The notes beneath the pieces are model-generated. The model was given only the letters and a program-made list of their open reading frames with translations, did not search any database and was not told the origin of the DNA. The position numbers and the translations under genes are program-made. From Chiloscyllium plagiosum (taxonomy: Eukaryota): 64,000 nucleotides of DNA. The stretch is from assembly GCF_004010195.1 (NCBI RefSeq), contig NC_057718.1, forward strand, positions 10,840,460 to 10,904,459, written 5' to 3'. This document shows, piece after piece, positions 1 through 14,136 of the stretch (positions are counted from its first letter, which is position 1; each line of letters opens with the position of its first letter).

Positions 1-1410
1 ACTAATTCAGATGCCTTTTAAATGTTGCAATTGAACCAGCTCCTCTGGCTGCACATTCCATACACATACCACCCTCTGCGTGAAACAGTTGCCCCTTAGG
101 TCTCTTTTATATCTTTCCCCTCTCACCCTAAAACTATGCCCTCTAGTTCTGGACTCCCTGACCCCAGGGAAAAGACTTTGTCTATTTATCCTATCCATGC
201 CCCTCATGATTTTATAAACCTCTATAAGGTCACCCCTCATCCTCCGAAGCTCCAGGAAGAAGAAAGCCCTAGCCTATTCAACCTCTCCCTATATAGCTCA
301 GATCCTCCAACCCTGGCAACATCCTTCTGAATCTTTTCTGAACCCTTTCAAATTTCACAACATCCTTCTGATAGGAAGGAGACCAGAATTGCATGCAATA
401 TTCCAAAAGTGGCCTAACCAACATCCTGTATACTGCACCATGACTCCCAACTCCTATACTCAATGCTTTGACCAGTAAAGGAAAACCTACCAAATGCCAC
501 CTTCGCTATCCTATCTACCTATGACTCTACTTGCAAGGAACTATGGACCTGCACTTCAAGGTCTCTTAGTTGAGTAACAGTCCCCAGGACCTTGTCATTA
601 AGTGTATAAGTCCTGCTAAGATTTGCTTTCCCGAAATGCATTTATCTAAATTAAACTCCTCAGCCCATTGGCCCATCTGATCAAGATCCCATTTTAATCT
701 GAGGTAACCTTCTTCACTGTCTACTACACTTCCAATTTTGGTGTCACCTGCAAACTTCCTAGCTTTACCTCCTATGTTCACATCCAAATTGTTTCTATAA
801 ATGATGGAAAGTAGTGCACCCAGCACTGATCATTGTGGCACTCCACTGGTCACAGGTCTCCAGTCTGAAAAATAATCCTCCGCACCACCCTCTGTCTTCT
901 ACCTTGGAGCCTGTTCTGTATCCACAAGGTTAGTTCTTCCTGTATTCCATGAGATCTAATCTTGCTAACCAGTCTTCCATTGGGAACCTTGTCGAACGCC
1001 TTACTGAAGTCTGTATAGATCATGTCTAACGCTCTGCCCTCATCAATCCTCTTTGCTACTTCAAAAAACTCCATGTTGGTGGGACATGATTTCCCACGCA
1101 CAAAGTTATGTTGACTATGCCTAATCAGTCCTTACCTTTCCAAATAGATGTAAATCCTGTCCCTCAGGATTCCCTCCAACCACTTGCCAATCACCGATGT
1201 CAGGCTCACCAGTCTATAGTTCCCTGGCTTGCCCTTACCACCTTTCTTAAATAGTGGTACCACATTAGCCAATCTTCAGTCTTCTGGTACCTCACCTGTG
1301 ACTATTGACAATACAAATATCTTAGTAAGACGTCCAGCGGTCACTTCCCTAGCTTCCCACGGAGTTCTAGGGTACACCACATCAGGTCCTGGGGATTTAA
1401 CCACTTTTAT
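1..1410 (-). mobile_element. CR1-clade LINE, 3' part of ORF2 (RT), decayed
   Basis: Minus-strand peptides DFSKAFDKVP, KFAGDTKIG, LEYCMQFWSP, RGDLIEVYKI; frameshifts and stops. Confidence 0.9.
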
Positions 1411-2329
1411 AGGGCCCTATTCTTTGCAGACAGTATTTGCAATTCACCTGTTTCAACCCAACAAAAGAATCAGCCAGTTACTAATTCATTTCTATGGACA
1501 ATGCCTTTACCTGTCCAATTTAAGACTGTAGTAATGCTTGGCAGTTAGCTCCGTGTCAGCATTAATGGTGTATTCGCTATGGCAATTGTGGGTGTAATTA
1601 TACAACTACTTTACAGTTATTGCTAGACAAAATCTAACCTATTATTTTAATTGATTTTATCACCTTTTGCATTTTTGTTTATACACACTGTATTTCTTAA
1701 TCTGACACTTTTCCCTTTTTTTTTCAGCCATTGCTTCCATGAACATGAGTTCTTTTGATTGTCTCATACTACAAACCTTTTGCATTTTTCTCTGTGCTCA
1801 AATTTAGTAACTTACATATTTTAAAAGTTGAGAATATGCTAAAGGATGGCATTCAAAGCCATTTTGGACTAGTTGTAGCCACTCCTATCCATTTGCATTT
1901 TATATTATGTTGAACTATTTAAATAAGGATGACTAGTTCTGGGCATAGGTTCTCTACTCGGAGCTTCATTGCATCAAGTGCATGCTAAAAATCTTCTCAT
2001 TATTCAACGTGGGAGCATTGCATGTTGAAAAGTTGAGCTTTTATTGAGCAATAGCAAAAGTAAAGGAAAAACCAAACACAAATAGCTTTATTTGTTTTGG
2101 GCAATGAACAGGGCCTGCTTGTCTTTGAACAATAACAAATTTACAGTTAGTGAGTTACAACTGCATCACCTCCGCTCTATTGGAAGCCAGTGTCAATTAA
2201 GGGCTTTCTGACTTCTGTCAGATGCTGCATTACTCTATCATGCTCAAGGTGATTATTTTCCTGATTGATGTCTTTATTTTTACGTCTTGGAAACTACTGC
2301 TGTTCTCTCAGCTCTTTAGTGTTCATTAC

Positions 2330-3290
2330 ATCCCCTCTTCGCATGGCTATAATTGTGCAGAGCGCAGCATTCTGGGATTATGCAGCACAGGCTGTTGAGT
2401 TACTGCAAAGCCCTCCACTTCCTAAAAGATGCCAGTGCAACCATTTGGAATCTCATCTTCAAGAGACACCATGAAGATTTTGGATCAGGAATAGTTCTAC
2501 TGAATCTATGCTTGGCCTCAGATCAATGGGTCGCATAATGGTTTCTGAGCATAGCCCCTTTCACCTAATAACCATCTTTGTAAGGCAATTGGTCCTTGAA
2601 ATGAAGCAAGACTATAAAGAATTCTTGTGGAAGTAGGAATTGTGCCAGCTTCTAGTATACCTTGCATAGACTTCTCACCTGCGGTGCCAGTGATCAGAGA
2701 TGACTTGTACTTTGATGGAATGGAATGCTTCTGTCTTGAAGTTTGCTGCATTGATGTGACGTGTTAGTCTGTAGCACTGCCCATCTCGGGGAAGCCAGCT
2801 AAATTGACAAAACTTGCTGCACAAGCTTCAGCACTGCCCTCGTCATGGAGGAAACTAGATGAAGTGTCTAGCACAAGCTGCATCACTGACAGCCTTCACA
2901 CACTTGTGGATTGAGGGAAATCCACACAGGTTCCAGTTGATCCTTGGAAGCAGCAGTTGCATAAAACCTGACCACAGCTGTCACCTTGAGAACTACTGGG
3001 ATAGGATGGTCACCCACCTCTTCAGGTCAGATACTAGCAGTTGGAATAGTTCTGCTCTGATGCATCATTAGCCTGTAGTGACATACACCTCACTCATTTG
3101 GACCAATAGCATTGAGAATGATAGACTCTGGACATCCTGTAGAACTTCCACAAGCTGTGGGGACTTTCATCTGCAAACTATTCATGTCGAGGCTATTTGT
3201 CAACTGCTGGAAGTTGCTAATGATTCTGCACTTGCTGGTGCATCTGTTTTCTTCTATTTCTCTGTCTTCATGACACCCGGTCTACAGCAA
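2330..3290 (-). mobile_element. Decayed PIF/Harbinger DDE transposase relic
   Basis: Minus-strand motifs in the expected order: VKAVSDAA, AGFPEMGSATD*HV (cf. GFP.V.GAIDCTHV), WLLGERGY (cf. WLLGD.GY), LKMRF, CALHN. Confidence 0.7.
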
Positions 3291-5039
3291 TGATGACCTA
3301 TTCTGTGGTGGGGTCCATAGGTCACTGCTCCAATGAACCAGTTGGAGGAACATCAAAAACAGGCTCTTAAAATGTAAAATGGCTGCATTGGATATAAGAA
3401 TACGTTGGCTAATACTTACAGTTCAAGTTGAGAGAAAATCATCTTCGTGCCCTAAAGCAACATATGCGATGCTGGATTGTCTCTGTGAATTTGGGTCCTC
3501 AAATGACACTTTTAAGGTTGTCTGTGATGACTCCTCTCTCGTTGACATGACTATTTATCAATCTGTAATGACAAAAGACAAAGTAAGGTTACTTGTGACC
3601 AGGATTTGTATTTCTCACTGTTGGAAACTACATGCATTTCACATGCAAGGTATTATTATTACAGATGTTTTCACCCTGTGTTGTGACAAGTGAATGTGAT
3701 TTGCTTCTTGAAAGGCCTCACATCGCTTCCAGCTGGAGCTTGCGTGTGCAGACAGAGAAAGGTTACTTACTTGGATCTGATTGCAAACATTTTGCATTTC
3801 TGTTGCACATTTGTGATTTGAATGAGAGAGAAGGCAACACAAGTGAGTCACAGGCTTAGCCTGGTAATCAAGGTCACACTTGAGCCTTCATCTTCCTTTC
3901 TCTCTCTCAGTCCCTGGTGACTTTGCAGTACCCAGCTTCCACACATTGCGTCTTATCATCATTCCTTAATGTTCCCCTCTCAACATCACCTTTCGAGCTT
4001 GGTCATGTGAAACATTGTGCTGCATCCCCCACCCCCACCCCCACCCCCACGTAATCATGTTCTTCAATGTACTATTGTCATCCCCTTATCCTTAACTGAT
4101 GTCATCTCTGCATCCCAGCATGCTGCCTCCAATTCCCTCAATTGACTTCCCAAATTGTCCTAGTGGCTCCTTGTAACATCTCTTGATTTTCATTGAGCAA
4201 GCCCCAACTGTGACTGTGACCAAGCCCTGCTGACCAATGTGGATAAACAACAACCGTGACTGAGTGACCAGGCCTCTGACTGATCTTTGTACAGATCCCC
4301 TGACGGGTTTAACTCAAATTCCCAGACTGGTTGGACTAGATTTGCAGGATTAATTTTGTGCAGCCCTCTCAATTGGTAATCCATCACCTTCAACATTCAC
4401 ACCCTTTATAGCTGCTGAGCATTGTGTACCATTTGTAAGATGCATTGCAGCAATTCACAAAGGATACTTTGACAGCCCCTTCCAAATCTGCAACCTATGT
4501 CATTAAGGGCAAGTGCAGTAGATTAGAATTAGATTTAGAATTACAGTTATTGTCACAGATGCTTGGAGATTGGAGGTTTGCACCAAGGGGTTGACTGGAG
4601 GAATCCTAAATGTATTCAATTGTCTCTGTTCCTGCTCAGCCATTGTTTTTAATTACAAGTGGCTAACTTCCATTTTGCCAATTCAATATACTTGTAACCT
4701 TGTATAAGTGAGTTGTTCGAGAGGAATTATGTATGGCTACTCCTTCTAAAATTCTGACTGCCTGCACTTTTTTTAACACTTCATAGTGACTAAAACATGT
4801 TGATCTAGTCTAGCAGTATTTTGAAAAATATCATCTAGTATAATTTGAGAAATGACTGTAACCTATAGTTTGGTATCTGTTTTCAGCCATCAGAAGGTGA
4901 GGTTTGTTTAAAAAAGAACTTGCAATGTAGTTTGGCTTGAGCTATTCTTTACATGTAGCTCTTCGTGAATATGAGTGTTAATGGGCTAGTTACCTGGTGG
5001 GAGATGTGAAGTTATCTGCTACATGATTTTCATGCAGAG

Positions 5040-5260
5040 GATAGTACGTGTATGGAATGAGCTACTAGAGGGTGTGGTAGAGGCTGGTATGATTGCAACA
5101 TTTAAAAGGCATTTTGATGGGTATATGAATAGGAAGGGTTTGGAGGGATATGGGCCGGGTGCTGGCAGGTGGGACTAGATTGGGTTGGGATATCTGGTCG
5201 GCATGGACCGGTTGGACCGTAGGGTCTGTTTCCATGCTGTACATCTCTATGACTCTATAT
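5040..5260 (+). mobile_element. CR1 3' end with CTATGACT-type tail
   Basis: Reverse complement of the 3' terminus at about 22325-22540. Confidence 0.85.
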
Positions 5261-6179
5261 GATGAAACAAGCAGTACCAGCATGTACTGCTCTCATTGTA
5301 AAATAGAGCTTAATTTTCTTTCCCTTATATCAGAGTAGAAATGAAATCAGGAAACTTTGTTCCTTGCTGCATTCCCACTTGTGTTGTATGGTATACGAGG
5401 TTATTCCAAACTCATTACTCAGACTGACAGTAGGATTTCTGCAGTCCTTTGTTAACAAGTGAATCAGCAAAAAATGTGAAGTCGTCTTTTGAATTAAGAT
5501 CATTATGAACTATTCTAGGAATGCTTTGGAGTATAAGGCTCTTTTTTTCTGTGTGAATGTTTTGATAGTTGCTCATTTTTGTTTCTTTATTGAGTAGGAT
5601 AGTAGTAGGAGGAAAAAGGACAAACTTCAAAATGTATCTTTTGAAGCAAAACCAGAGAACAAAATTTTACTTATTAAGCTGTTTTCTTGATGGAAGCTTA
5701 ATTCCCATAAATAAATTTATAATAAGGATGTACACTGAGTCCTTTCCCTGCAAAAGTTTCACCATAATCAAACAATCAACATTGACTTTGCCAGATGATG
5801 TAAAGTAATATGAGCAGATCACTTTAGTTGAATTACTCTCTGTATTTTAGAAATCTTTTTCAAAATTAAGTACATGCAGACCATGATGAAATTTATATTT
5901 TCTTCCAAGCACCATGTTGTGAAGTTGTATCCAAGTCAGCAGATAATCTGTTCCTAGAATTCACTGATAGTTATTGTATTATCTTCCTATGCTTGCAATC
6001 CCTTGCAGACGATAACTTCTGTTCTGTTTCCTTTTGAATAGATTATATGAACCCAGGTCCTACGATTAGAATAGTCCAAACTAATAATTGGGTAGAAACT
6101 GATGAGGATTCCTTGTGCCATGATAGTTAACTGAAATTCCCACACACAACTGTATTGCTAATCATTTCATTGTTTTTTG

Positions 6180-6350
6180 GCAGTCATGCTTGAAAGAGGA
6201 ACTCAGAGGTGGCCTTGGTTTACTATCTCATCGAAAGTGCAACACTCCCTCAGGTTTATACTGTCATGTTAGGTTATTATATTGTAGTCATGTCTTGGGA
6301 ATGGTGCTTGAATCCACAATATCTGACTTGGAGGTGAGTCAACCAATCCA
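6180..6350 (-). mobile_element. Old SINE fragment, DeuSINE-like
   Basis: Resembles the Deu-domain consensus from memory (tctcatcgaaag...gcaacactccctcag...cttgaatccacaa...ctgact); strongly diverged. Confidence 0.4.
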
Positions 6351-9058
6351 GATTGCTACTGCGTAAAAAAAACATGTCTCAGTGCTAGTTCAAGCCTTTT
6401 TGCATTTGTTGCAAAACATGAAATGTCTAGCGGATCCAATATTGATCAGTTTGATGATTGGTTGCTATTGGAAGCTCCACTTGCCAAGTTTACTGTGTTA
6501 AAACCTTCTGCCTATAATTTTGTGAAAATAAGGATCAGATGCTTATTTTGGTTCTGGAAAATTGTTAAATGCTTTCTATATTTTACTTGCCTTAATTATG
6601 GTGGTTCATTTTGTTGGAATAACATCTGATTTGGCTCTGACACCTGAGTATACAATGCATTCTGTTTCTACACGAAACAACATCCGTTCCTTGCTTTGGT
6701 TTCTAGCAAAAGTTAAATTTGCCTGGATTACATCATGACTTTTTTTTGCTAATGTAATTGAAGTTTTGAAGATTGGTTATATGGATCTGCAGTCGTAGGA
6801 AGGTTGGCTACTAGCCCTTAGTTGTTTAATAACAAAACTGTTTTTTATTTCCATAATAGTTAATGATAACACTTTCTCAACTTTATTAATAATGCATTTG
6901 AAAGTAAGACTTCATTTTAGTTAAAGAAATAAAACTCAAAAATTAAGTTACCTTATTTACATTGTCTCATGTGCCTGTTATTCAGTCTGAACGCATAAGC
7001 CATTGGTTCCCATACTCTTATTTCTTGTTTGGCAGCTGTGTTTCTCTATTCAGAATACTTTTGCTTGCCTTTTCTTGATCTGTTCATTACCTGAAATGCT
7101 TGCAAGCATTTGTGAAAATGCGCACTAAATATAAGGATCTGATGGTGTGTCTTAGAATGTTAGAATGAAGAGTCTCACTATCCTATGGTAGAGAATAAGG
7201 TTATTTGGCCCATTGTATCTGTGCTGACATTTTAAGGTGCTATTCTATTAGTTTCACTCTAGTCTCTCAACATGGAATGTTGAGTTCTGAAGAGGGAATG
7301 TTGAGTAAAGACTTCAAAAATATTGTCGTCATTGATGCCTGTGGCACAGAAAATGGTCCTTCAGCCCATCAAGTCTGCGCCCATCAAAACAAACTATTCT
7401 AATCCTGTTTTACACGACTTGGTCCATAGCCTTGACAGTGTGGGTCGCCTGGTTACGTTTTTTCTAAACCATCCACACCCTTATTATATACTAGAAAGTA
7501 AACATGTGGATACCAGTACAAGTCCTCAAGTTATTGACCTATATGTTTGCTCAGACAAAATTATGTTGTACTTTTAACTGTGTTCCCTGTGTCGCTTGTA
7601 GCTCTTACGGATGTAAGGGTGTATCTATATGTGTATTCTCAGTCAATTGGATCAGCTAGACAATTCAATCCCGAAGTTTTCAAGTGTGTTAAGTGACAAC
7701 ATATTCACACATAGTATCTATTATTGAAAATCATCTTTGTACTTTATGCCATTATGTTACAAGTATCCATTATCAAACATTCTGGTAATAGGAACTTTAC
7801 TGATGCAGTGATTTACAGTTGTCAAGGTTCTTTTGTTCATAGAATTTGTAGTTTCATAGCATTTTAAAAATTGGTCAAGGTCAGAATATTGTCCCAAGGT
7901 TAATTTAATTTAATAATGCAAGTTTTGTCAATTATCTGTAAGAGTTGAGAAACCTATTAATTCTTTGATCAAACAGAGACTTTGTAATTTGTTCTGTTAA
8001 GTACATAAAACTTCTCAAACTTTGATTTTAAAGTCCTCCATACTGTGTTAGAAATGCTGCATGGATCCTCTACCACAACTCTAATTTTCTGTATCAAAAT
8101 TAGTTATGCAATTTAACATTTTAATTTGTCTATTTGACTTGCAGTAAAGCTAGCTTGGTGTAAATGCAGTCCAAATCGCAACGTGCAGTAACATCAGGAA
8201 TCTGTTCATCGCTAAGTACTTGAAGCATTTGTGAAAACGCACACTAAACATAAATGGAATGATATAACCCATTCATGAACTTGATTCATTTTGTTTGTGG
8301 TTGCACTTTTTTTTGGTTTAAATATGAGAATTTGATCAATTACAAACCTATTTAATATGTAAGAGAAAGAAACTTTCGAAGATGTAGTATGTGATATTTA
8401 ACAAGCTTATTAAATGAGAAATGCAGCCTGTATATCAAGTGACACTGGCATGTGAAGTAATATGAAATACTGCATTGCGTCCACCCCAAAATGCCCAAGT
8501 CTGTTGCTGAAATCCATTCTTAATCGTTGACCCAAATAAAGTACATTGACTTTTCTACAATTATGAAGCCTTGTAGATCTTATCAATTATTTAAATAGGA
8601 TATTCTGATGTTTGCATCAGTTCAAAAAACTCCATAGGTTTTTGTTTTTACTTTAATAATTAGATATTGGAATAATTTTCAGGCAATTGTCCCACTTTCT
8701 ATTTGAGGTGGGAGTGGAATTCAGATGACAGGTTTTAGTTTAAACTTTGCTCTTGATGTCAATCACATAATCGAGACCTTTTTCATCCTGTTTTGTGGCT
8801 GATCTGACACCATTTGATTGAACATTTTTTCTGAACTTGTGTTGCTGGAAATAACAATTGTTGTTCTGTTGCATGACTCTCTCGTGATCAGCCCAGAGCA
8901 TAATTGCCATAGGCAACCAAATGCATTTCAGTTGTCTATGTGCTTTGCTTTCATTCCATAATTTCAAGCTAATCTTTGACTATAATCAAACTTTTTGTTT
9001 TATTTTTCTTTCCATTTGGGTACTTCTATTTGAAAATTGGGATGTCATTTAACAACAG

Positions 9059-9071
9059 GAGCCAGCCAAAG
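9059..9071 (+). CDS. KIF13B: KIF13B exon ~3, 13-nt micro-exon (xSQPK)
   Basis: caacag|GAGCCAGCCAAAG|gtacgt; corresponds to the (R)GQPK peptide preceding VFAYD; phase 2 to 0. Confidence 0.85.
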
Positions 9072-9369
9072 GTACGTTTGAATTTGTTTCTGCTCTTCTC
9101 AGTGTTAACAGAGACAGTGGAGTGATACAGATTTGCAGTATTATATATACCCACTACATTTAGAAAACAGATCATTGCAGTTCAGTGCAAAAAGTTGGTG
9201 GTGAGGTTTGATCCTTTCCATCAGTGACAAAATGAGAAATCTTATGGAGTATGTCTCACTTGCCTGAATGGGTACTGCTGAAACAATATTGAAGAAGTTT
9301 AGTGTCAACCAAATCAAAGCAGTTCTGCTTCATTAGCAGTTAATCCAGCATCTTAAATATCCTCTCCTC

Positions 9370-9700
9370 TCATTGCCAGTATGACTGCGGTTTATGCTAT
9401 CTGCAGATGTACTGCAGCAAATCCCCAATGTCTTGCAAACACAAGATCTTCACCATTTTAGAAGGACAAGGCAAGCAAGTGGTTACAACTCCAAATTTCC
9501 CTCTAAGTCATGCAGCATTCTGACTTGAACATATTGTATCATGTCTGTATTATTGCTGGGTTTAAATTCTGGAACTCTGAACTCCAAGCATTGTTGGGTA
9601 TATTGATGCTGTAGTTCTACAAGTTGACAAACCATGCCCACCTTAAAGCAAATAAGGATGGTTAATAAATGTCATTGGCACCCATATCATGAACAACAAG
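9370..9700 (+). mobile_element. Old LINE 3' end (L2/CR1-like)
   Basis: Similar to 4400-4520 and to the reverse complement of the region around 54250-54720. Confidence 0.45.
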
Positions 9701-10499
9701 AAAATTAATGAATATTTTGGTGTTGGAGTGCTATGGCTCCTATTCCAAGCCTATTACCTATTTCTCAAATGAATGCAGTACTAGGGAAGTATTATTCCAC
9801 ATTCTATTTCTTATAATGAATTTGATGTTGAATGCCTGCATCCAAATATTAAACTGTGTCACCTTTTATTTACATGTTGGCATCCTAGCTTTTATAAACT
9901 AAACAATTATTTCTCTGGAAGCTTCATGACATCACTTTACATTGTAACTTTACAATAAACAATGTAAGAGTGAAAATTTCATTTCAGTTTTATCAAGTAG
10001 ACCTGAAGGTTTATTAATTTAAATGGTGTTAGAGTTTATACAACGAGCTTTATGTTTCACTTGTGCACATGCTAATAGATTTTGTTAATATTTTATTTAC
10101 TCATTGCTTATTCTTCAGTAATCTGACACTCAATTCTTTTGCTCGGTATCGAACCTACAAGCACTGATGAACTTAAAAGTTTGTGTGCTCTGTTGTGTCG
10201 ATAATTAGTATGTCATAGATTATGCTTGAATTTCTAATCTACTTCAAGATTCCAATGTACATTTTTTTGAGCTGACCTTCTTTAATAACTGGATCAGACT
10301 CCTCTTGATAAAGTGATCAGACCGTGGTAAAGTTAATTCTGATACTTAATTTCTCTATTGTCCTCAAAGTTCATTGAGGCATTTTTTTTTCCTGCAATAA
10401 ACTCAAATTACTCATGAAGGTTAAGGTCTCTTAAAAATCTGAAACAGGTGAAGTTAATCGTTTCATACGCCTGCTGTGCGGTAGCAACTCGAGCAATAT

Positions 10500-11090
10500 T
10501 ATAGAGTCATACAGCGTGGAAACAGACCCTTGGGTCCAACCAGTCTAAAATTCGAAGCTAAAGTAGACTAACGTGCCTGCGCTTGGTCTATAGCCCTCCA
10601 GGCATGTCTTATTCATGTACTTATTCAAATGTCTTTTAAATGTTATAACTGTACCCGCATCCACCACTTCCTCTGGAAGTTCATTCCACACACAAACCAC
10701 TGTGTTTTAAAAAAACCCTCATGTTTTGTTTTAATTTTTCTCCCCTCACCTTGAAAATATGCCCCATAATCTTGAAATCCCCCACCCCGGGGAAACTATA
10801 CCTGCCATTCACCTTATCTATAACCCTCATTATTTTATAAACCTTCATAAGGTCACTTCTCAACCTCCCTAGTCTCCAGTGAAAAAGGTCCCAGCCTCTC
10901 TTTATAATTCCATTCCTGGCAATATCCTGGTAAATCTCTTCTTAATCCTCTCCAGTTTAATAAAATTCTTCCTGTAACAGGGAGACCAGAACTGGACGCA
11001 GTACTCCAGAAGAGGCCTCATCAGTGTCCTCAACATAATGTCCTTACTTTTGTACTCAAAGCTCTGAGCAATGAAGGCAAGCCTGCTTCA
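10500..11090 (-). mobile_element. CR1 LINE 3' fragment
   Basis: ATAGAGTCAT tail; RSDLMKVYKIMR peptide. Confidence 0.85.
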
Positions 11091-12226
11091 ATATTCTTCA
11101 TTAACAGGATATTGTTGCCAAGCCCAAAAGATATTCTAGTCACCACACAAATGAACAATGTAGTACATGAATATTAATGCTGATGTGATGCTGGCCATGC
11201 AGGTCATATGTCCCAGTGACTGATGGATTGTATCAGTTATCAAATCCCTTTTGCTGTTTACAACAGACTGGGTACAGACTGCACTGCACCTGCCCATGCT
11301 GTCAAAACTCAGAACTATTAGGTGTGATTAGGCAGAAATCACTGAACAAACAGGCATGTGTCAAGAATTACACCAGCATCCAATTCAAGATTACCAGTCA
11401 TGCTTGCAATATGGCTCGCTTACAGTTACTGGAAACAACATATTCATTCAGAAGACCTTGGTCTCATAGAATCATTGAATTCCTAGTGGAAGTGGGCAAA
11501 GGAAAAATGTACAAACTCTCACCTGAGGGTGAGAATCAAACCTGGGTCCCTGGCACCGTGATGCAGCGGTACTAACTACTGTGTCATCCTAACTATAGAC
11601 AAGAAAAAATTTTGTGGCTTTCAGTTAAAAGCTTTGGGATAACTGTCCCCTGATGCATTGGTTGAGGCAGTGTGCACTTGTCAACGAATTATCATCCTGT
11701 TCCTCAATCAGTATAAATTCATGTTCCCTTTGAAATTGGGTATTCTTGCATCTGTTCTGACAAATGCAAGATGAAAAGCTTGACAGTATGTCTGTCTTTA
11801 TTTCCAGTAATAATCAAGTTCTGTGTTACAAAGTGACTAAAATGAGTATTACTTTGGTCTTGGCTAATCTCCTGATTGGAGGGGGAATGGCCAAGATGAA
11901 GTGACATTTTGAATTTCAAATTGTGAATAGTACAAATCTAACATTTAAAAACTGCTGGAAATGTACAGCAGGTTAGTCCAATGAGCATGAGAGAGAAGAT
12001 TTCAGGTCGGATTCGTCAATCCTAGAATGAAAGGTCTTGGCTGTAACAGCTTTCAACTGAAATGCATTCTGTGTATTTAAAGCATGAACTATATCTTAGT
12101 CTTCCATTTTTATTTAAGACCTATATATATCATTTTAATTTTATTTTAGTTAAGTATACGTGTCCTTTCCAAGACCAATCTGAAATGAATGCTGACCAAG
12201 TTATTTTTCCCTTTTTATGTACGTAG

Positions 12227-12287
12227 GTTTTTGCATATGATCACTGCTTTTGGTCAATGGATGAGTCCGTTAAGGAGAAGTATGCAG
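12227..12287 (+). CDS. KIF13B: KIF13B exon ~4 (VFAYDHCFWSMDESVKEKYA)
   Basis: cgtag|GTTTTT...GCAG|gtatgt; 61 nt. Confidence 0.95.
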
Positions 12288-13381
12288 GTATGTTGCATTT
12301 ATTCTACAGTAAAGCTTTCAGGAATTAATATGGTGTCTGTGAGATATAGCTTGCTTGTGATATTAAGCTGATTTCTAGTTATCCTTTCGCCACCTCCTGT
12401 TTGTTTGGGTCCTTCTGCCTCTGACACCATTTGAGAAGGTGAAACAGGGAAGTGTGGAGTCAGAATAGGAGCTTATCTTCTGGATTGTATCGAAATGGCA
12501 TTTCATTCTCTTGCTCCCTAACTACTTCTGTTAACCTCTGATGTCAGGAACTTGCTGTATTCACTTAATAATTAAGACGTTGGTGGCAGAGCAAGCTGAA
12601 AAGCAAGAATTCAACTCTTTTATTCTTTATATTGAAGCCTTGTCTGCCACTTTTCATCCACTTGAAATTATTCATAGGTTACAAACTCTTTCTTAACTCA
12701 CAATATATGTGCACAGGCTGACCAGGCTTAGGCTAGTGTGATGAAATAATAAATGTGGTTTATTTATTTGACTATATCAAGGCCTTTTTCATACTGAGTA
12801 AGAGCTATTGGACACCCTGATCACTTTTCTGACTCTTGGCATCCACAAAGGGACAATTAAAATACCTAGCATGAAGTGCATTGGTGTCTGGTTCTTTTTC
12901 TTTCATTCAAAAATGTTGTTCCAACTGTTCCACTGTTTCAAATGCACTGACATGTATTGAGTATAGTTTGGAAGATGCTGGTAGTCTACTTGAGAGCCAC
13001 CTAAATAGTGATTTTTTTTGTATGTGTACCTGGACAATGATGAGGATAGCATTGCAGCTGAATCTACTTCTGGTAGCTCCCACCATCCGTATGTGCATTC
13101 ATCATTGCATAACTGCTGCTGGGAAGTGTGAAATCCAGAATAAGGTCAAAGTTGCTGAAGAAATGCAGCAGGTCAGGCAGCGTCTGTGGAGAGAAAAACA
13201 GTAACTTATTGGGTCCATTGGAGTTGCCAGAAGTACCCGCTTAAGATTTACAGTCCTGTCCGACAATGTGTTGACCTCATTAAGTGCACATTTGTACTGC
13301 TACTTATCAGTCATTATTCTTCATTTTATATAACTGTACAGTTATTTCCATTTTTCTCTCCTCCATTCTTTCTCGTTCTAG

Positions 13382-13474
13382 GTCAAGACATAGTGTTCAA
13401 ATGTCTTGGTGAAAATTTGCTGCAAAATGCATTTCAAGGATACAATGCTTGTATATTTGCTTATGGACAGACTG
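13382..13474 (+). CDS. KIF13B: KIF13B exon ~5 ([11 protein letters not shown]...AYGQT)
   Basis: ttctag|GTCAAG...ACTG|gtaaga; 93 nt; first half of P-loop. Confidence 0.96.
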
Positions 13475-13694
13475 GTAAGATATTTCAATAGTGTATTTCT
13501 TTAAATGAATGTAACTTGTAAAACAATGTGCAATTACCAGAGCAGCTTAGCTGTCATATGAAGTTCTAGCTAACTATCTTAGTCAAGTGAATAAATGTAA
13601 ATATGATTTTACAGGGATCCTTGCAAGCTTTTACTATAGATCGTTTTGATCTGATGTTACTTCTGTCAAATAGGTGCTGCTTAAACTGATGAAA

Positions 13695-13995
13695 ATGGGG
13701 CTCAGTGGTTAGCACTGCTGCCTCACAGCACCAGGTCCCAGGTTCGATTCCAGCCTTGGGCAACTATCTGTGTGGAGTTTGATCATTCTCCCCGTGTCTG
13801 CGTGGGTTTCCTCCGGGTGCTCCGGTTTCCTCCCACAGTCCAAAGATGTGCAGGTCAGAAGAATTGGCCATGCTAAATTGCCCATAAGTTAGGTGCGTTA
13901 ATCAGAGGGAAATGGGTCTGGGTGGGTTACTCTTCGGAGGATTGGTGTGGGCTTCTTGGGCCAAAGGGCCTGTTTCCACACTGTAGGGAATCTAA
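13695..13995 (+). mobile_element. tRNA-derived V-SINE (HE1-like)
   Basis: A box ggctcagtgg, B box ggttcgattcc, V-domain core gtgtctgcgtgggtttcctccgggtgctccggtttcctccc, CR1-like tail. Confidence 0.85.
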
Positions 13996-14136
13996 AAATA
14001 AGACAAAGACAACTATATTTGTAAAGTAACTATTCATTTCAGACTGCCCTATTTTCCATAGTGTTTGGAAGAGTGAAGCTGAATTTATTTTGTGTTTTAA
14101 TACCTTATTAATTATCTATCCATACCTATTGGTTAG

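Noticed and set aside
1..9000. KIF13B exons 1-2 or promoter
   Set aside because: No KVKVAVR or TKCVV-like coding segment and no CpG island found by eye.
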